A stretch of DNA of 64,000 nucleotides, taken from contig OX597833.1 in assembly GCA_951406725.2 (NCBI GenBank), positions 58,962,001 through 59,026,000 on the forward strand. The letters run 5' to 3'. Source of the stretch: Octopus vulgaris (lineage: Eukaryota). Below, piece after piece: positions 1 through 12,229 of this stretch. Under the pieces are notes generated by a model. It was not told the DNA's origin, did no database searches, and was given only the letters and a program-made list of their open reading frames with translations. How positions within the stretch are numbered: the stretch's first letter is position 1; each line of letters opens with the position of its first letter. The position numbers and the translations under genes were made by a program.

Positions 1-113
1 TATAGCCCGTGGCTATAGTAGAAGACACTTACCCAAGATACCACGCAGTGGGCCTGAACCAGGAGCCATGTGGTTGGTAAGCAAGTTACTTACCACGCAG
101 CCACTCCTACGCC
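1..113 (-). mobile_element. SINE family A, 5' part (cut by window edge)
   Basis: Reverse complement of the tRNA-like head GGCGTAGGAGTGGCTGCGTGGTAAG...GGTTCAGGCCC. Confidence 0.85.
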
Positions 114-280
114 TATAACTAATATTTTCAGATAACACTATGAAGCAAAAAACTGACACAAAGAGAATACCAAGTTTGATCGAACTCTACTGGTTCAGAC
201 CAGCGACAGAAAACATTAACATGATTAGACTTGAGCCGTCGATTGAGAATAAGATCAGAGATTAATTCATTAGTCTCATA

Positions 281-685
281 GGTGCAGGAGTGGCTGTGTG
301 GTACGTAGCTTGTTTACCAACCGCATGGTTCCGGGTTCAGTCCCTCTGCGTAGCACCTTGGGCAAGTGTCTTCTATTATAGCCTCGGGCCGACCAAAGCC
401 TTGTGAGTGGACTTGGTAGACGGAAACTGAAAGAAGCCCGTCATATATATGTATATATATATGCGTGTGTGTGTTTGTGTGTCTGTGTTTGTCCTCCTAG
501 CATTGCTTGACAACCGATGCTGGTGTATTTACGTCCCCGTTACTTAGCGGTTCGGCAAAAAAGACCGATAGAATAAGTACTAGGCTTACAAAGAAAAAGT
601 TCTGGTGTCGATTTGCTAGACTAAAAAGCGATGCTCCAGCATGGCCGTAGTCAAATGACTGAAACAAGTAAAAGAGTAAAAGAGT
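281..685 (+). mobile_element. SINE family A (tRNA head, CORE-like segment, internal TA/TG microsatellite, CR1-like tail)
   Basis: A box TGGCTGTGTGG, B box GGTTCAGTCC, ACCTTGGGCAAGT segment, 3' end CAGCATGGCC..AGTCAAATGACTGAAAC + (AGTAAAAG)n. About 20 copies in the window. Confidence 0.9.
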
Positions 686-706
686 ATATATATATATATA
701 TATATG

Positions 707-3700
707 ATTGATTGATTGATTGATTGATTCTAGTTTCAGCTTATGAGCTGTGGCCATGCTGGGGCACCGCCATTTGGTGTTGCTACTTGGTTTCACTTCA
801 TGGAGGCTTTCTAGCAACTGCTATTTGGTGCATGAGAGAGTTCGATGCAGCTGCCCTCATCTGCCCCTCCTGCCGTGAAGTTGGTTCATCTGGGACACCT
901 GACAGGAAGAGATCCAGCTTCATTTTAAAGACATCTGTATCCACCCCATGCAGGTCTCTCAGGTTCTTCGGGAGGATATTGAAGAGCTGTGGGCCTCGGA
1001 AGCCCAGGCTATCACAGAATCTTGTCCTACATCTTGATGGCAGGTTTGGAGTCCTAGGCACCACGCAGTGGCGCCCAGTTCTGGCATTTGCGTAACTCTC
1101 GATGCCAAAGTTCAGGACACTTCCCTCCAGGATCTTCCAGATGTATATTATGGCATATCTTTCCCGCCTACACTCCAGGGAATATAATTTTAATCTCTTG
1201 AGTCTTTCCCAGTAGCTTACATTCTGCATAGAGGCTATCTTCTTTGTGTAGCTTCGTTGGATCGCCTCAAGTTCTGTGATCAACTTGACACTGGATGGTG
1301 ACCATAGCTGAGAGCAATAGTCAAAGTGGCTTAGGACAAGTGTCTTCCAGAGGACCATCATGGTTTCTTGTTCTCTTGTTCTAAAGGTTCTAAGAATCCA
1401 TCCAGCCAGCCGTCTACATTTCATTGTCAGTTTAGCAACATGTACATGAAAGGTCGCGTCATCACTCATGTGAATACCCAGGTCACGCACTGATTGTGCC
1501 TCTGGGATTGCAATCCCTCCGGGTCCAGTGTATTCATTGGGTATTGCATTCAGTTTTGCATGCTGATAGTATAAAGCTTGAAACTTTCCAGCATTGAACT
1601 GCATGCTATTCTTTTCAGCCCACTTGTATATTTCGTCCAGCTCACATTGCAGGTGTTTAGTGTCCTCAGGGTTCTGTATTGCCTGTGAAACTTTTGTATC
1701 ATCTGCATAACTTGTGATCGTGGCTCTCTGCGTGGCTGAGGGCATGTCTGAGAGGGCCATTATGAACAGTAGTGGTCCCAGAACAGTGCCCTGCGGAACA
1801 CCGCTCACTATTTGTGTGTTAATGGAGGTGGACCCATTGGCTACTACCACCTGACTTCTATCCTTCAGAAAGTCATGAAGCCATTCTCCCAGTTTTCCAA
1901 CTATGTTGAGATCACGCAGTTTGTGACATATCATTCCATGATCGACTTTATCAAAGGCCTTTGCAAAGTCGAGATATATCACTTCCACATTTGAGTGGTT
2001 GAGCAGCCGTTTCAGCACCCAGTCATAGTGTTGTAGGAGCTGAGTTAAACAGCTTCTCCCTGGTCGGAAACCATGTTGGGTGTCGGGCAGCAAGTCATTC
2101 TCTTCAAGGAAGGTGATCAGCTTCCTTCTGACTATTCGTTCCATGACCTTGCTGATGTGTGAGGTCAGAGAGATAGGTCTATAGTTCTTGGCTTCCGCTC
2201 TGCTACCTCCTTTATGAATGGGGCATATTTTACCTTCCTTCAGTTTTCCTGGAAGTTTGCCAGCTGCAAGGAAGCTCTGAAAGAGGAACTGCAGTGGTCT
2301 TGCTAGGACTCTCTTACATGCTTTTAGGAGGATTGCCGGGAATCCATCGGGGCCAGTAGCTGAGTCTGTTTTCATTTCATCTATAGCCTTGGTTACATCG
2401 TCTTCCTTTATATCGATGTAATCTATCGTCACCGCCTCTGATTTTAAATCTGCAGTGGTAAAAAAGTCAGTTGGATTGGTGATTTGGAGATGCCCAAGGG
2501 GTGGAGTGAAAACACTCTTGAATTGCTCATTCAGTATTTCACTTACCCTCATTGGTTTTCCTGTAAGTGTGCCATCCTTTTCGAGGAGTGGCCCTATTCT
2601 ACAGTGCACTGTAGCTGTTTCTTTGGCATACCTGTAGAAAGCTCTGGGGTTAGATTTTATGTTTTCTATAGCCCAGGCCTCTTTGTCTGCTCTTTCTTTT
2701 TCATGGGAGAGTTGCAGACATTTTTCGATTTCCAACAGTTTTATTTTTAGGCGGGACTTTTCACTGCTTTCAATCTGTTTGTTTAGGCGATTTGAAAATT
2801 TCGTACGCCGTCTCATTAAAATTTTCCTCTCTCTGGGGATTTTGTTCTTGTGTACAGTGGCCTTTCTCTCTGGGACACATTTGTAGCATATGGCTTGCAT
2901 TACAGACATGAATTGTTGAAGTTTCACGTCGATGTCTGGCGAGGAGAGACATTTAGGCCAGTTTTGTTTGAGGATCTCTTTCTCAATTTGTTTCCAGTTT
3001 GCCTTATGGTAGTTCAAGCTGGAAAGATTTTGAGGGTTTCTTGTAGGCTGCATGTCCGTGCTCTCTTTTGGCCCGTACATGGTCAGCTCTATCATGTTGT
3101 GATCCGAGAGTAGTGTCGGTGTCACTTTCACATTATGGATGAGATCCATGTCATTTGTGAAGCAGAGATCCAGTGTGTTACCTGCCCTGGTTGGTTGGAG
3201 TATTACCTGCTCCATGTACAGGGTGTTGATGAGGTTCAGGAGGGACCTCGCCTGTCCTCGTTCACATCTTGTCATTCCTGGGAGAGAAAGGCCCTCGGGC
3301 CATCTGACATTGGGCAGATTGAAGTCTCCCATAAGAAGCACACCTATGTGTTGTTCTAATGTGGTTAGAATTTCTTCTATTTTTATAAGGCAGTCTTCAA
3401 ACTTGCCCACATGGCTTGGGGCATCTGGAGGGCGATATGTAGCACACACAACTACATCAAGTTGCCTAATATGTACAATTAGTGTGTCACACACCGAGTT
3501 TGAGTATGACAAGAGGACCTGGGGTGTGAGGTCCTCACGGATGTACATAGCAACACCTCCATGACTCCTTTCTTTCCTGTCGGTCCGTAGTACAGCATAC
3601 TGTGGTATGTGTAACTCCGCATCTGCTATGTCCGGTTTCAGGTGCGTTTCTGTAAGTGCTATGCATAAGGCTTGATTGCATGCAACAAAGTCTCTCAGGA

Positions 3701-3726
3701 ACGGGATCTTTGTCCTGTTACTGAGT
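707..3726 (-). mobile_element. CR1-group non-LTR retrotransposon (LINE), 5'-truncated, with (ATCA)n 3' tail
   Basis: ORF2 with APE and RT domains, a short 3' UTR (730-797) and an (ATCA)n tail read as gattgattgatt on + (707-729). (TA)n flanks both ends. Confidence 0.93.
798..3725 (-). CDS. LINE ORF2: apurinic-type endonuclease + reverse transcriptase (N-terminally truncated)
   Basis: APE motifs IALTETHL, RTDR..R.HGGVA (read in frame upstream of the track's Met at 3548), MGDFN, LDL and SDH. RT motifs NYRPISL, QHGFR, YLDFAKAFDKV, GVPQGTVLGPLLF and YADD. CR1-type C-terminus FN.LP...FK.KLD. No stop codon from 3725 to 801. Confidence 0.95.
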   Translation of the reverse strand, partial: LSNRTKIPFLRDFVACNQALCIALTETHLKPDIADAELHIPQYAVLRTDRKERSHGGVAMYIREDLTPQVLLSYSNSVCDTLIVHIRQLDVVVCATYRPPDAPSHVGKFEDCLIKIEEILTTLEQHIGVLLMGDFNLPNVRWPEGLSLPGMTRCERGQARSLLNLINTLYMEQVILQPTRAGNTLDLCFTNDMDLIHNVKVTPTLLSDHNMIELTMYGPKESTDMQPTRNPQNLSSLNYHKANWKQIEKEILKQNWPKCLSSPDIDVKLQQFMSVMQAICYKCVPERKATVHKNKIPRERKILMRRRTKFSNRLNKQIESSEKSRLKIKLLEIEKCLQLSHEKERADKEAWAIENIKSNPRAFYRYAKETATVHCRIGPLLEKDGTLTGKPMRVSEILNEQFKSVFTPPLGHLQITNPTDFFTTADLKSEAVTIDYIDIKEDDVTKAIDEMKTDSATGPDGFPAILLKACKRVLARPLQFLFQSFLAAGKLPGKLKEGKICPIHKGGSRAEAKNYRPISLTSHISKVMERIVRRKLITFLEENDLLPDTQHGFRPGRSCLTQLLQHYDWVLKRLLNHSNVEVIYLDFAKAFDKVDHGMICHKLRDLNIVGKLGEWLHDFLKDRSQVVVANGSTSINTQIVSGVPQGTVLGPLLFIMALSDMPSATQRATITSYADDTKVSQAIQNPEDTKHLQCELDEIYKWAEKNSMQFNAGKFQALYYQHAKLNAIPNEYTGPGGIAIPEAQSVRDLGIHMSDDATFHVHVAKLTMKCRRLAGWILRTFRTREQETMMVLWKTLVLSHFDYCSQLWSPSSVKLITELEAIQRSYTKKIASMQNVSYWERLKRLKLYSLECRRERYAIIYIWKILEGSVLNFGIESYANARTGRHCVVPRTPNLPSRCRTRFCDSLGFRGPQLFNILPKNLRDLHGVDTDVFKMKLDLFLSGVPDEPTSRQEGQMRAAASNSLMHQIAVARKPP

Positions 3727-3874
3727 ATATATACATATTACTCTTTAACAAGAAGAGTGTTGATAGTAACTTCAAAGTTTTAGCCTTCCTTGGTGAGGGC
3801 TAATCAGGTAGAAACTTAGATGTCGCTGACAAAACTATTATTACTAAAGAATAATAACTATATAAGTGCATTTA

Positions 3875-4224
3875 TTCCATGTGTGTGTGTATGTATGTAT
3901 GCGTGTGTGTGTGTGTGTGTGTGTGTAAAACGTGTATGTGAATTTATATATATGTTTGTGTGTGAGCGTGGATGGGAATGTAAAGAGACGATGTAGAGAG
4001 AGTTTGCTTTCATTCATGATAAAACGCAACAAAAAAAAATTCAAATTCATATTTGTGTGTGTGTGTGTGTGTGTGTGTGTATTCTTTTTGTATGTGAGTG
4101 TGTACATGCGAGTAGATATATGCGTGTGTCTGTTCATGCGTACACATACGCACATGCATATACATACATGTATAGACAAATGTGTATGTACTTACACAAA
4201 CAAAGCTTTATATACGCATGTATG

Positions 4225-4261
<37 letters not shown>

Positions 4262-4342
4262 GTGCACATATGTATTTATGTATATAAAATATATGTTATT
4301 TCATTTATATACATATACACATATATATGCTCACACATAAAC

Positions 4343-4398
<56 letters not shown>

Positions 4399-4559
4399 GA
4401 ATGTATAAATATGTGTATGTGTGTGTGTGTGTACACTATATTCAAATGTTTATGTATATTTAATGTGTTTCGTTAGATATGTGTGAGAATCTATTCATAT
4501 ATAAACATTAAGTATAAACATTTCACAATAAAGAAAAATTACTCACTCGTGTGTGTGTG

Positions 4560-4600
<41 letters not shown>

Positions 4601-5130
4601 CACACACACATATATATATATGTATGTATATATACATACACACGCATATATGCATATATATACACACATATATGCATATATATATATATACACACACATA
4701 TACATACACATATGTATGTATGTACACAAACAATGGCCGTCATTCCCACTTCACCGCCATTACACCACCGCCGTCATCATAAACCGCCACCGTCACGATC
4801 AACATCACAATCATCATCACCACCACCAGCAATATGCATCATGAAATCATCCAATCAGATGAGTTTCTCTGTATTGTGTTCGTGCTGTCTCGAATGGTGG
4901 GGTGGCTTTTGGGTTGGTGATTGTGTGTCCGTTTGTTTGTTAGTACATACATAACATACATGTGTATGTGTGTATATATATGTGTGTGTGTGTGTGTATA
5001 CACATATCATATATATATACATATATTTTATATATATATATATATATATAAAATATATGTATATATATATGATTTATGTATATACACACATATATATATA
5101 TATATATACATATATTTTATATATATGTAT

Positions 5131-5161
<31 letters not shown>

Positions 5162-5418
5162 CATATTATATATATATACACACACACACATATATCATAT
5201 ATATATATATTATAAATGGAGATATACACACACACATATATGTATACACACACACACACACACACATATATATGTATCATATATATATATACACATATAA
5301 TGTACGTATATATAAAATGTATTTTTGTATATACATAAAGTATTTGTATACACACACATACACACGTGTGTATGTATGTATTTGTAAGTATCTATGTGAG
5401 TGTGTGTGAGAGAGAGAG

Positions 5419-5456
<38 letters not shown>

Positions 5457-5818
5457 TGTATGTGTGTGTATGTGTGTGTGTGTGCGCGCGCGCGCAAGTT
5501 ATATAGATTATACTTGAGCAGCGCCTGCAAATGTTAACAATCAGAGCCATTCATTCGAAGTCGAGTACATGTAGTGTGTAGTATGTAGTCCATCTCACAT
5601 GTTGTAACATGTAGTATGTACATGCAACATGTAATACGCACAGTCTTTGCGGCTGTCTGGAGCAGTAAAGAAAAACGTGGCAAGATTTATATCCAGAGAT
5701 CTTTTATTTATCTCTTAAAAAGTAAATCTTACAGGCAGCTATTACATGTGTTGTACTTCATGAAGTACACCTACACACAGTATATACACCTACACACACT
5801 TGTATATACATACACGGC

Positions 5819-5859
<41 letters not shown>

Positions 5860-5910
5860 GTTTCATATATACATATACTTACATATATACATATATTACA
5901 TATATATAAA
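3875..5910. repeat. Compound (TA)n/(TG)n/(CA)n microsatellite field
   Basis: Dinucleotide runs; the ORFs here are YI/HT/VC repeats. Confidence 0.9.
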
Positions 5911-6313
5911 TACTCTTTTACTTGTTTCAGTCATTTGACTGCGGCCATGCTGGAGCACCGCTTTTAGTCGAGCAACTCGACCCCGGGACTTATTCTTTGT
6001 AAGCCCAGTACTTATTCTATCGGTCTCTTTTGCCGAACCGCTAAGTGACGGGGACGTAAACACACCAGCATCGGTTGTCAAGCAATGCTAGGGGGACAAA
6101 CACAGACACACAAACATACACGCACACACACATATATATATACATATATACGACGGGCTTCTTTCAGTTTCCGTCTACCAAATCCACTCACAAGGCTTTG
6201 GTCGGCCCGAGGCTATAGTAGAAGACACTTGCCCAAGGTACCACACAGTGGGACTGAACCCGGAGCCATGTGGTTGGTAAACAAGCTACGTACCACACAG
6301 CCACTCCTGCGCC
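5911..6313 (-). mobile_element. SINE family A, full length
   Basis: Complete reverse-complement match to the family A layout. Confidence 0.9.
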
Positions 6314-6426
<113 letters not shown>

Positions 6427-6513
6427 CATATATATATATGTATATATATATATATACATACATATATATATATGATATATATATATATATATATATACAT
6501 ACATACACATATA

Positions 6514-6821
6514 TGAAGTCGCATAGCTCAGTGGTTAGAGCTTCGCGCTTACGATCGTGAGGTTGTGAGCTCAAATCCCGGACCGGGCTGCGTGTTGTGT
6601 TCTTGAGCAAGACACTTTATTTCACGTTGCTCCAGTTCACTCGGCTGTAAGAAATGAGCTGCGACGTCACAGGTGCCAAGCTGTATCGGCCCCTTTGCCT
6701 CTCCCTTGGATAACACTGGTGGCGTGGAGAGGGGAGGCCGGTATGCATATGTGACTGCTGGTCTTCCATAAACAACCTTGCCCGGACTTGTGCCTAGGAG
6801 GGTAACTTTCTAGGTGCAATC
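6514..6821 (+). mobile_element. SINE family C (tRNA-Arg-like head)
   Basis: TAGCTCAGTGGTTAGAGC...TTACGAT...AGCTCAAATCC head followed by TTGAGCAAGACACT; near-identical to 13533 and 25792. Confidence 0.85.
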
Positions 6822-7744
6822 TACATACACATATATTTACATATATATATATATATTTATATATATACATATATATATATATATATACAATATATACGAT
6901 ATTCTAAGCACTTCGAGACCTCCTAGAACAGATTCTGAAGTGAGAAACGCATAAGAAAAAAGACATCTTCACGGCAATCCGTATGGTTATCGCTCTGTTT
7001 ATATTCAATACGGTGATAAATAGATTTCATCTCTGACGAGAGCAATCTGCAGGTCGTTTTGTATTTTGCAGTTGGTCTTTGAACTTGGTTCCAACAACAT
7101 CTTTCCTAACTCAACTCTCTCTTCCACTTTTTCTCTTCATCTGGTCATCTTTCTCTTCCTCTGGTCATCTTTCTCTTCATCTGGTCATCTTTCTCTTTTC
7201 CCCATTAACCCAATTCCTGACTTTTTTCTTTAACACAAAATCTTTTCTCTTGCTAACTAGTTTCTTTCTGTCTCCCATCTATTCGAACCTCTGACATATT
7301 GAGTGGCAATTCCCCTGCTTCCTATACTACAATAAACTACTACTACTACTACTACTACTACTAGTAGTAGTAGTAGTAGTAGTAGTAGACACCTCTCCGC
7401 CACTCAGGCGACAACCCGCCAACCCATAGGTCAGTCGGAGGGCAAATCCTACTTCAACCACTTTTTTAGTCACCTTTCTTTTGCAATATGCAGATGGAAC
7501 CGTTGGATATACTCTTTGGCATACTGGTCCTCCACATAACACTAAAAGAACGTGAAATGACATGTTTTGCTCCAGAATACAACCTGCCGCCCAGTCCGAC
7601 CTGGCGATCATGAATACAACACCCTAAACACAAGAACACGAGCTTTTACAAGCGTGGAAAAACAAAAAAAAAAAACAAAAAAACTGGCAGGATAAACAAA
7701 ACAAAATCTAAAAGCAAAAAAGGAACTCCGGATCATGAGACCAA

Positions 7745-8385
7745 GCTGTAAAATATTCTTTTCAACTCTAGGCACAAGCCCCGAAATTTGGGGGAATATT
7801 AAATCGACCGCTGTACGCAACTCGTACTTAATTCATCGACACCAAAAGGACGAAAAGCAAAGTCGACCTCGGTGGAATTTGAAGTCAGAACGTAAAGACA
7901 GATGAAATACTGCTAAGCATTTCGAACAGTGTGCTAACGTTTCTCATTTTTTTATTGCCCACAAGGGGGCATAGAGGGGACAAACAAGGACAGACAAAGG
8001 GATTAAGTCGATTACATCGACTCCAATGCGTAACTGGTACTTAATTTATCGATCCCGAAAGGATGAAAGGCAAAGTTCACCATGGCAGAATTTGAACTCA
8101 GAACGTAAAGACAGACTGCCAAGAATTTCGCCAGGCGTGCTAACGTTTCTTATTTCTTTATTGCCCACAAGGGGCTAACTATAGATGGGACAAACAAGGA
8201 CAGACAAAGGGATTAAGTCGATTACATCGACCCCAATGCGTAACTGGTACTTAATTTAACGACCCCGAAAGGATGAATAGCAAAGTTGACCATGGCGGAA
8301 TTTGAACTCAGAAAGTAAAGACAGATGAAATACAGATAAGCATTTCGCCCGGTGTGCTAACGTTTCTGTCAGCTCGTCGCCCTCC
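7745..8385 (-). mobile_element. SINE family B (Meta-domain-like), tandem multimer of ~3 units
   Basis: Repeated reverse complement of GAGTTCAAATTCCGCC-GAGGTCGACTTTGCCTTTCATCCTTTCGGGGTCGATAAATTAAGTACC. Confidence 0.85.
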
Positions 8386-8414
8386 TCTGACCGATAATAT
8401 TACTGAGGCAAATT

Positions 8415-8540
8415 GAATCGCTAGCACGCCGAGCAAAATGCTTAGCGGCATTTCGTCCGTCTTCCCGTTCTGAGTTCAAATACTGCCGGGGTCGACTTTG
8501 CCTTTCATCATTTTTCAGTGGGATCGATGTAATCGACTTA
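8415..8540 (+). mobile_element. SINE family B, partial
   Basis: Head gaatcgctagcacgccgagc...gagttcaaat...gtcgactttgcctttcatc. Confidence 0.75.
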
Positions 8541-8703
8541 ACCAAGTAGTTCCCAAACTTTTTTCGGGCTGCTGTACCATTCACACCCACCCTACACTCC
8601 TTGCGCCCCCACCACCAGTTAACATAGACTTCTTTCTGAAGCAAATTCAAAACAACAGTATTTCACAAATAAACTTAACCTAATTATCCCATTATTTTGT
8701 TGT

Positions 8704-9792
8704 TTTTAGACGAATCGCTCACCCATTATCGTCCCACATTTTACACGAATCGCTCCCCCATTATCGTCCCACATTTTACACGAATCGCTCCCCCATTATC
8801 GTCCCACATTTTACACGAATCGCTCCCCCATTATCGTCTCACATTTTACACGAATCGCTCCCCCATTATCGTCCCACATTTTACACGAATCGCTCCCCCA
8901 TTATCGTCCCACATTTTACACGAATCGCTCCCCTATTATCGTCCCACATTTTACACGAATCGCTCCACCATTATCGTCCCACTTTTTACACGAATCGCTC
9001 CCCCATTATCGTCCTACTTTTTACACGAATCGCTTCCCCATTATCGTCCCACATTTTACACGAATCGCTCACCCCATTATCGTCCCACATTTTACACGAA
9101 TCGCTCCCCCATTATCGCCCCACATTTTACACGAATCGCTCCCCCATTATCGCCCCACATTTTACACGAATCGCTCACCCATTATCGTCCCACATTTTAC
9201 ACAAATCGCTCACCCATTATCGTCCCACATTTTACACGAATCGCTCACCCATTATCGTCCCACATTTTACACGAATCGCTCCCCCATTATCATCCCACAT
9301 TTTACACGAATCGCTCCCTAATTATCGTCCCACATTTTACACGAATCACTCCCCCATTATCGTCCCGCTTTTTACACGAATCGCTCCTCCATTATCGTCC
9401 CACATTTTACACTAATCGCTCCCCCATTATCTTCCCACATTTTACACGAATCGCTCCACCATTATCGTCCCACATTTTACACGAATCGCTCCCCCATTAT
9501 CGTCCCACATTTTAAACTAATCGCTCCCCCATTATCTTCCCACATTTTATACGAATCGCTCCCCCATTACAGTCCCACATTTTATACGAATCGCTCCCCC
9601 ATTATCTTCCCACATTTTATACGAATCGCTCCCCCATTATCTTCCCACATTTTATACGAATCGCTCCCCCATTATCGTCCCACATTTTACACGAATCTCT
9701 CCCGCATTATCGTTTCACTTTTTACATCAATCTCTCCCCCATTATCGCCCCACATTTTACATGAATCGCTCTCCCATTATCGCCCTACTTTT
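8704..9792. repeat. 35-bp minisatellite, ~31 copies
   Basis: Unit TTTTACACGAATCGCTCCCCCATTATCGTCCCACA arranged head-to-tail without spacers. Confidence 0.95.
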
Positions 9793-10069
9793 CTTCAACG
9801 TCCCCTTGGAACTTTCCAATACCACCCACTTTGGAAAAACCCCTCCCTTGAAAATGCAGGCATTGTGCCAAAATTTGAAATCAATATTTCCAAGTCAAAT
9901 TTTACTTCAGTGGAATTCTAAAACATTACTGTTGAGTGAAAAGAGAACCGCTTGTAAAAAAAAATGTTAATGTGAGAGTAAATAAAGAAATCTTCCGTAT
10001 TTGCTTGCAAAATTGATCGGAGCAGTTCAAGGTGTTGACTATCGATGCAGCGTAATGTCTGTAACCTAA

Positions 10070-10392
10070 TTAGCGGCACCCCGTCGGTTACGACGACGAA
10101 GGTTCCAGCTGATCCGATCAACGGAACAGCCTGCTTGTAAAAATTAGCATGCAAGCGGCTGAGCACTCCGCAGACACACGCGTAGCCTTAACGTAATTCT
10201 CAAGGAGATTCAGCGTGACACGGAATGTGACAAGGCTTCTCCCTTTTGAAGTACAAAGCCCAACTCATTTTTGCTAGCTGAATGAACAGGAGTAACGTGA
10301 ACTTAAAGTGTCATGCTCAAGGACAAAACGCGCCGGCAGGAATCGAACTCACGACCTTATATGACTGCGAGCCGAATACCCTAACTACGATG
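10070..10392 (-). mobile_element. SINE with C-type head and D-type 3' region (degenerate)
   Basis: 3' region matches 37120-37290 in reverse; the head has a GAGTTCGATTCC B box and TTGAGCATGACACT. Confidence 0.75.
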
Positions 10393-10460
10393 CCCTCACT
10401 GTAGCCGAATACAAAACCGGACGCAAACATGACAGGGAAGTGGTTACTCTTTCTCTCTCT

Positions 10461-11057
10461 TACTCTTTTACTTGTTTCAGTCATTTGACTGCGGCCATGC
10501 TGGAGCACCGCCTTTGTAGTCGAGCAAATCGACCCCAGGACTTATTATTTGTAAGCCTAGTACTTATTCTATCGGTCTCTTTTGCCGAACCGCTAAGTTA
10601 CGGGGACGTAAACACACCAGCATCGGTTGTCAAGCGATGTTGGGGGGACAAACACAGACACACAAACACACACGTATATATAGTCAGTGTGATCTTTCGT
10701 TATTTTTCCTTCTATACCTGCGTGAATTATTTTTGAGTATACCTTGTCTGGGAGACTTTTCTTATAGTAGAGGAAATAGCTAAAAAAATGTTTTGGCTGC
10801 TATTTCTAAAAGTTCGGTGTGTGGTAAAGTAAATTTTTTTACTGAACCCTAATTATATAACATATATATATATATATATTTACATATACATATATACGAC
10901 GGGCTTCTTTAAGTTTCCGTCTACCAAATCCACTCACAAGGCTTTGGTCGGCACGAGGCTACAGTAGGAGGCACTTGCCCAAGGTGCCACGCAGTGGGAC
11001 TGAACCCGGAACCATGCGGTTGATGAGCAAGCTACTTACCACACAGCCACTCCTACG
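10461..11057 (-). mobile_element. SINE family A with ~180-bp insertion in its internal microsatellite
   Basis: Tail at 10461-10675 and head at 10895-11057, separated by unrelated sequence. Confidence 0.85.
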
Positions 11058-11332
11058 TTCAAAATTCCGCTTGTTAATCATAAGGTTATTAGTGTGAGGT
11101 CTTTGCGTGGCCCTGTGGCCGAGCGTCTTTTACCATTTGCTCGGTTCGACATAAGGACATTTGAAAGAAATCAAGGCGACAGAAACTATGTCGAAACACA
11201 TCGGACGGATTCGACCTTAGATTTGGTTTGAGTATTACGTCATGTCTATGGAATACTCGGCCAGCCGCTTACACGCTAATTCAATGCGCAGCCATTTCAC
11301 TTGATCGAACAAGTGGGATAATCATTACTCTG

Positions 11333-11536
11333 TTACTCTTTTGCTTGCTTCAGTCATTTGACCGTGGCCATGCTGGAGCACTGCATTTAGCCGAGCAAAT
11401 CGACACCAGGACTTATTGTTCGTAAGCCTAGTACTTATTCTATCGGTCACTTTTGCCGAACCGCTAAGTTACGGGGACGTAAACACACCAGCATCGGTTA
11501 TCAAGCGATGTTGGGGGGACAAACACAGACACACAA

Positions 11537-11577
<41 letters not shown>

Positions 11578-11748
11578 CATATATACGACGGGCTTCTTTC
11601 AGTTTCCGTTTACCGAATCCACTCACGTGGCTTTGGTCGGCCCGAGGCTATAGTAGAAGACACTTGCCCAAGGTGCCACGCAGTGGGACTGAATCCGGAA
11701 CCATGTGGTTCGTAAGCAAGCTACTTACCACACAGCCACTCCTACGCC
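11333..11748 (-). mobile_element. SINE family A
   Basis: Full layout; shares private variants with the inverted copy at 11977-12410. Confidence 0.9.
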
Positions 11749-11976
11749 TCATTGTCGAGATTAATGGAGATCCATTTAATGGTTGTAACGAAACCAGAAC
11801 GCGTTAATTCTAAAAAGCTAATCCGTATATATCCCACCAAATTTCACAGCAGAATTAATAGCTTTGTTCTAAACCAGTGGTTTTCAACAGCGGTCCAGAT
11901 AGGATTTTGCTTTTAAAATGTTTGTGCAATGAGCTGGTTATAAAGACATTTTCCGCGTTTGCTAAGTTCAAGGCTT

Positions 11977-12190
11977 AGGAGTGGCTGTGTGGTAAGTAGC
12001 TTGTTTACCAACCATATGGTTCTGGGTTCAGTCCCACTGCGTGGCACTTTGGGCAAGTGTCTTCTCGGATCGATCAAAGCCTTGTGAGTGGGCACCTTGG
12101 GCAAGTGTCTTCTACTATAGCCTCGGGCCGACCAAAGCCACGTGAGTGGATTTGGTAGACGGAAACTGAAAGAAGCCCGTCGTATATATG

Positions 12191-12229
<39 letters not shown>

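Noticed and set aside
7025-7060. CTGACGAG hammerhead-like start (also CTGATGA at ~50366 and ~56471, CTGAAGA at ~35223)
   Set aside because: No properly placed GAAA and stems, so a hammerhead cannot be supported.
8697-9515. 272-aa ORF / CRISPR-like 35-bp repeats
   Set aside because: The units are contiguous with no unique spacers and there are no cas genes. The ORF is the 35-bp unit read through all three frames.
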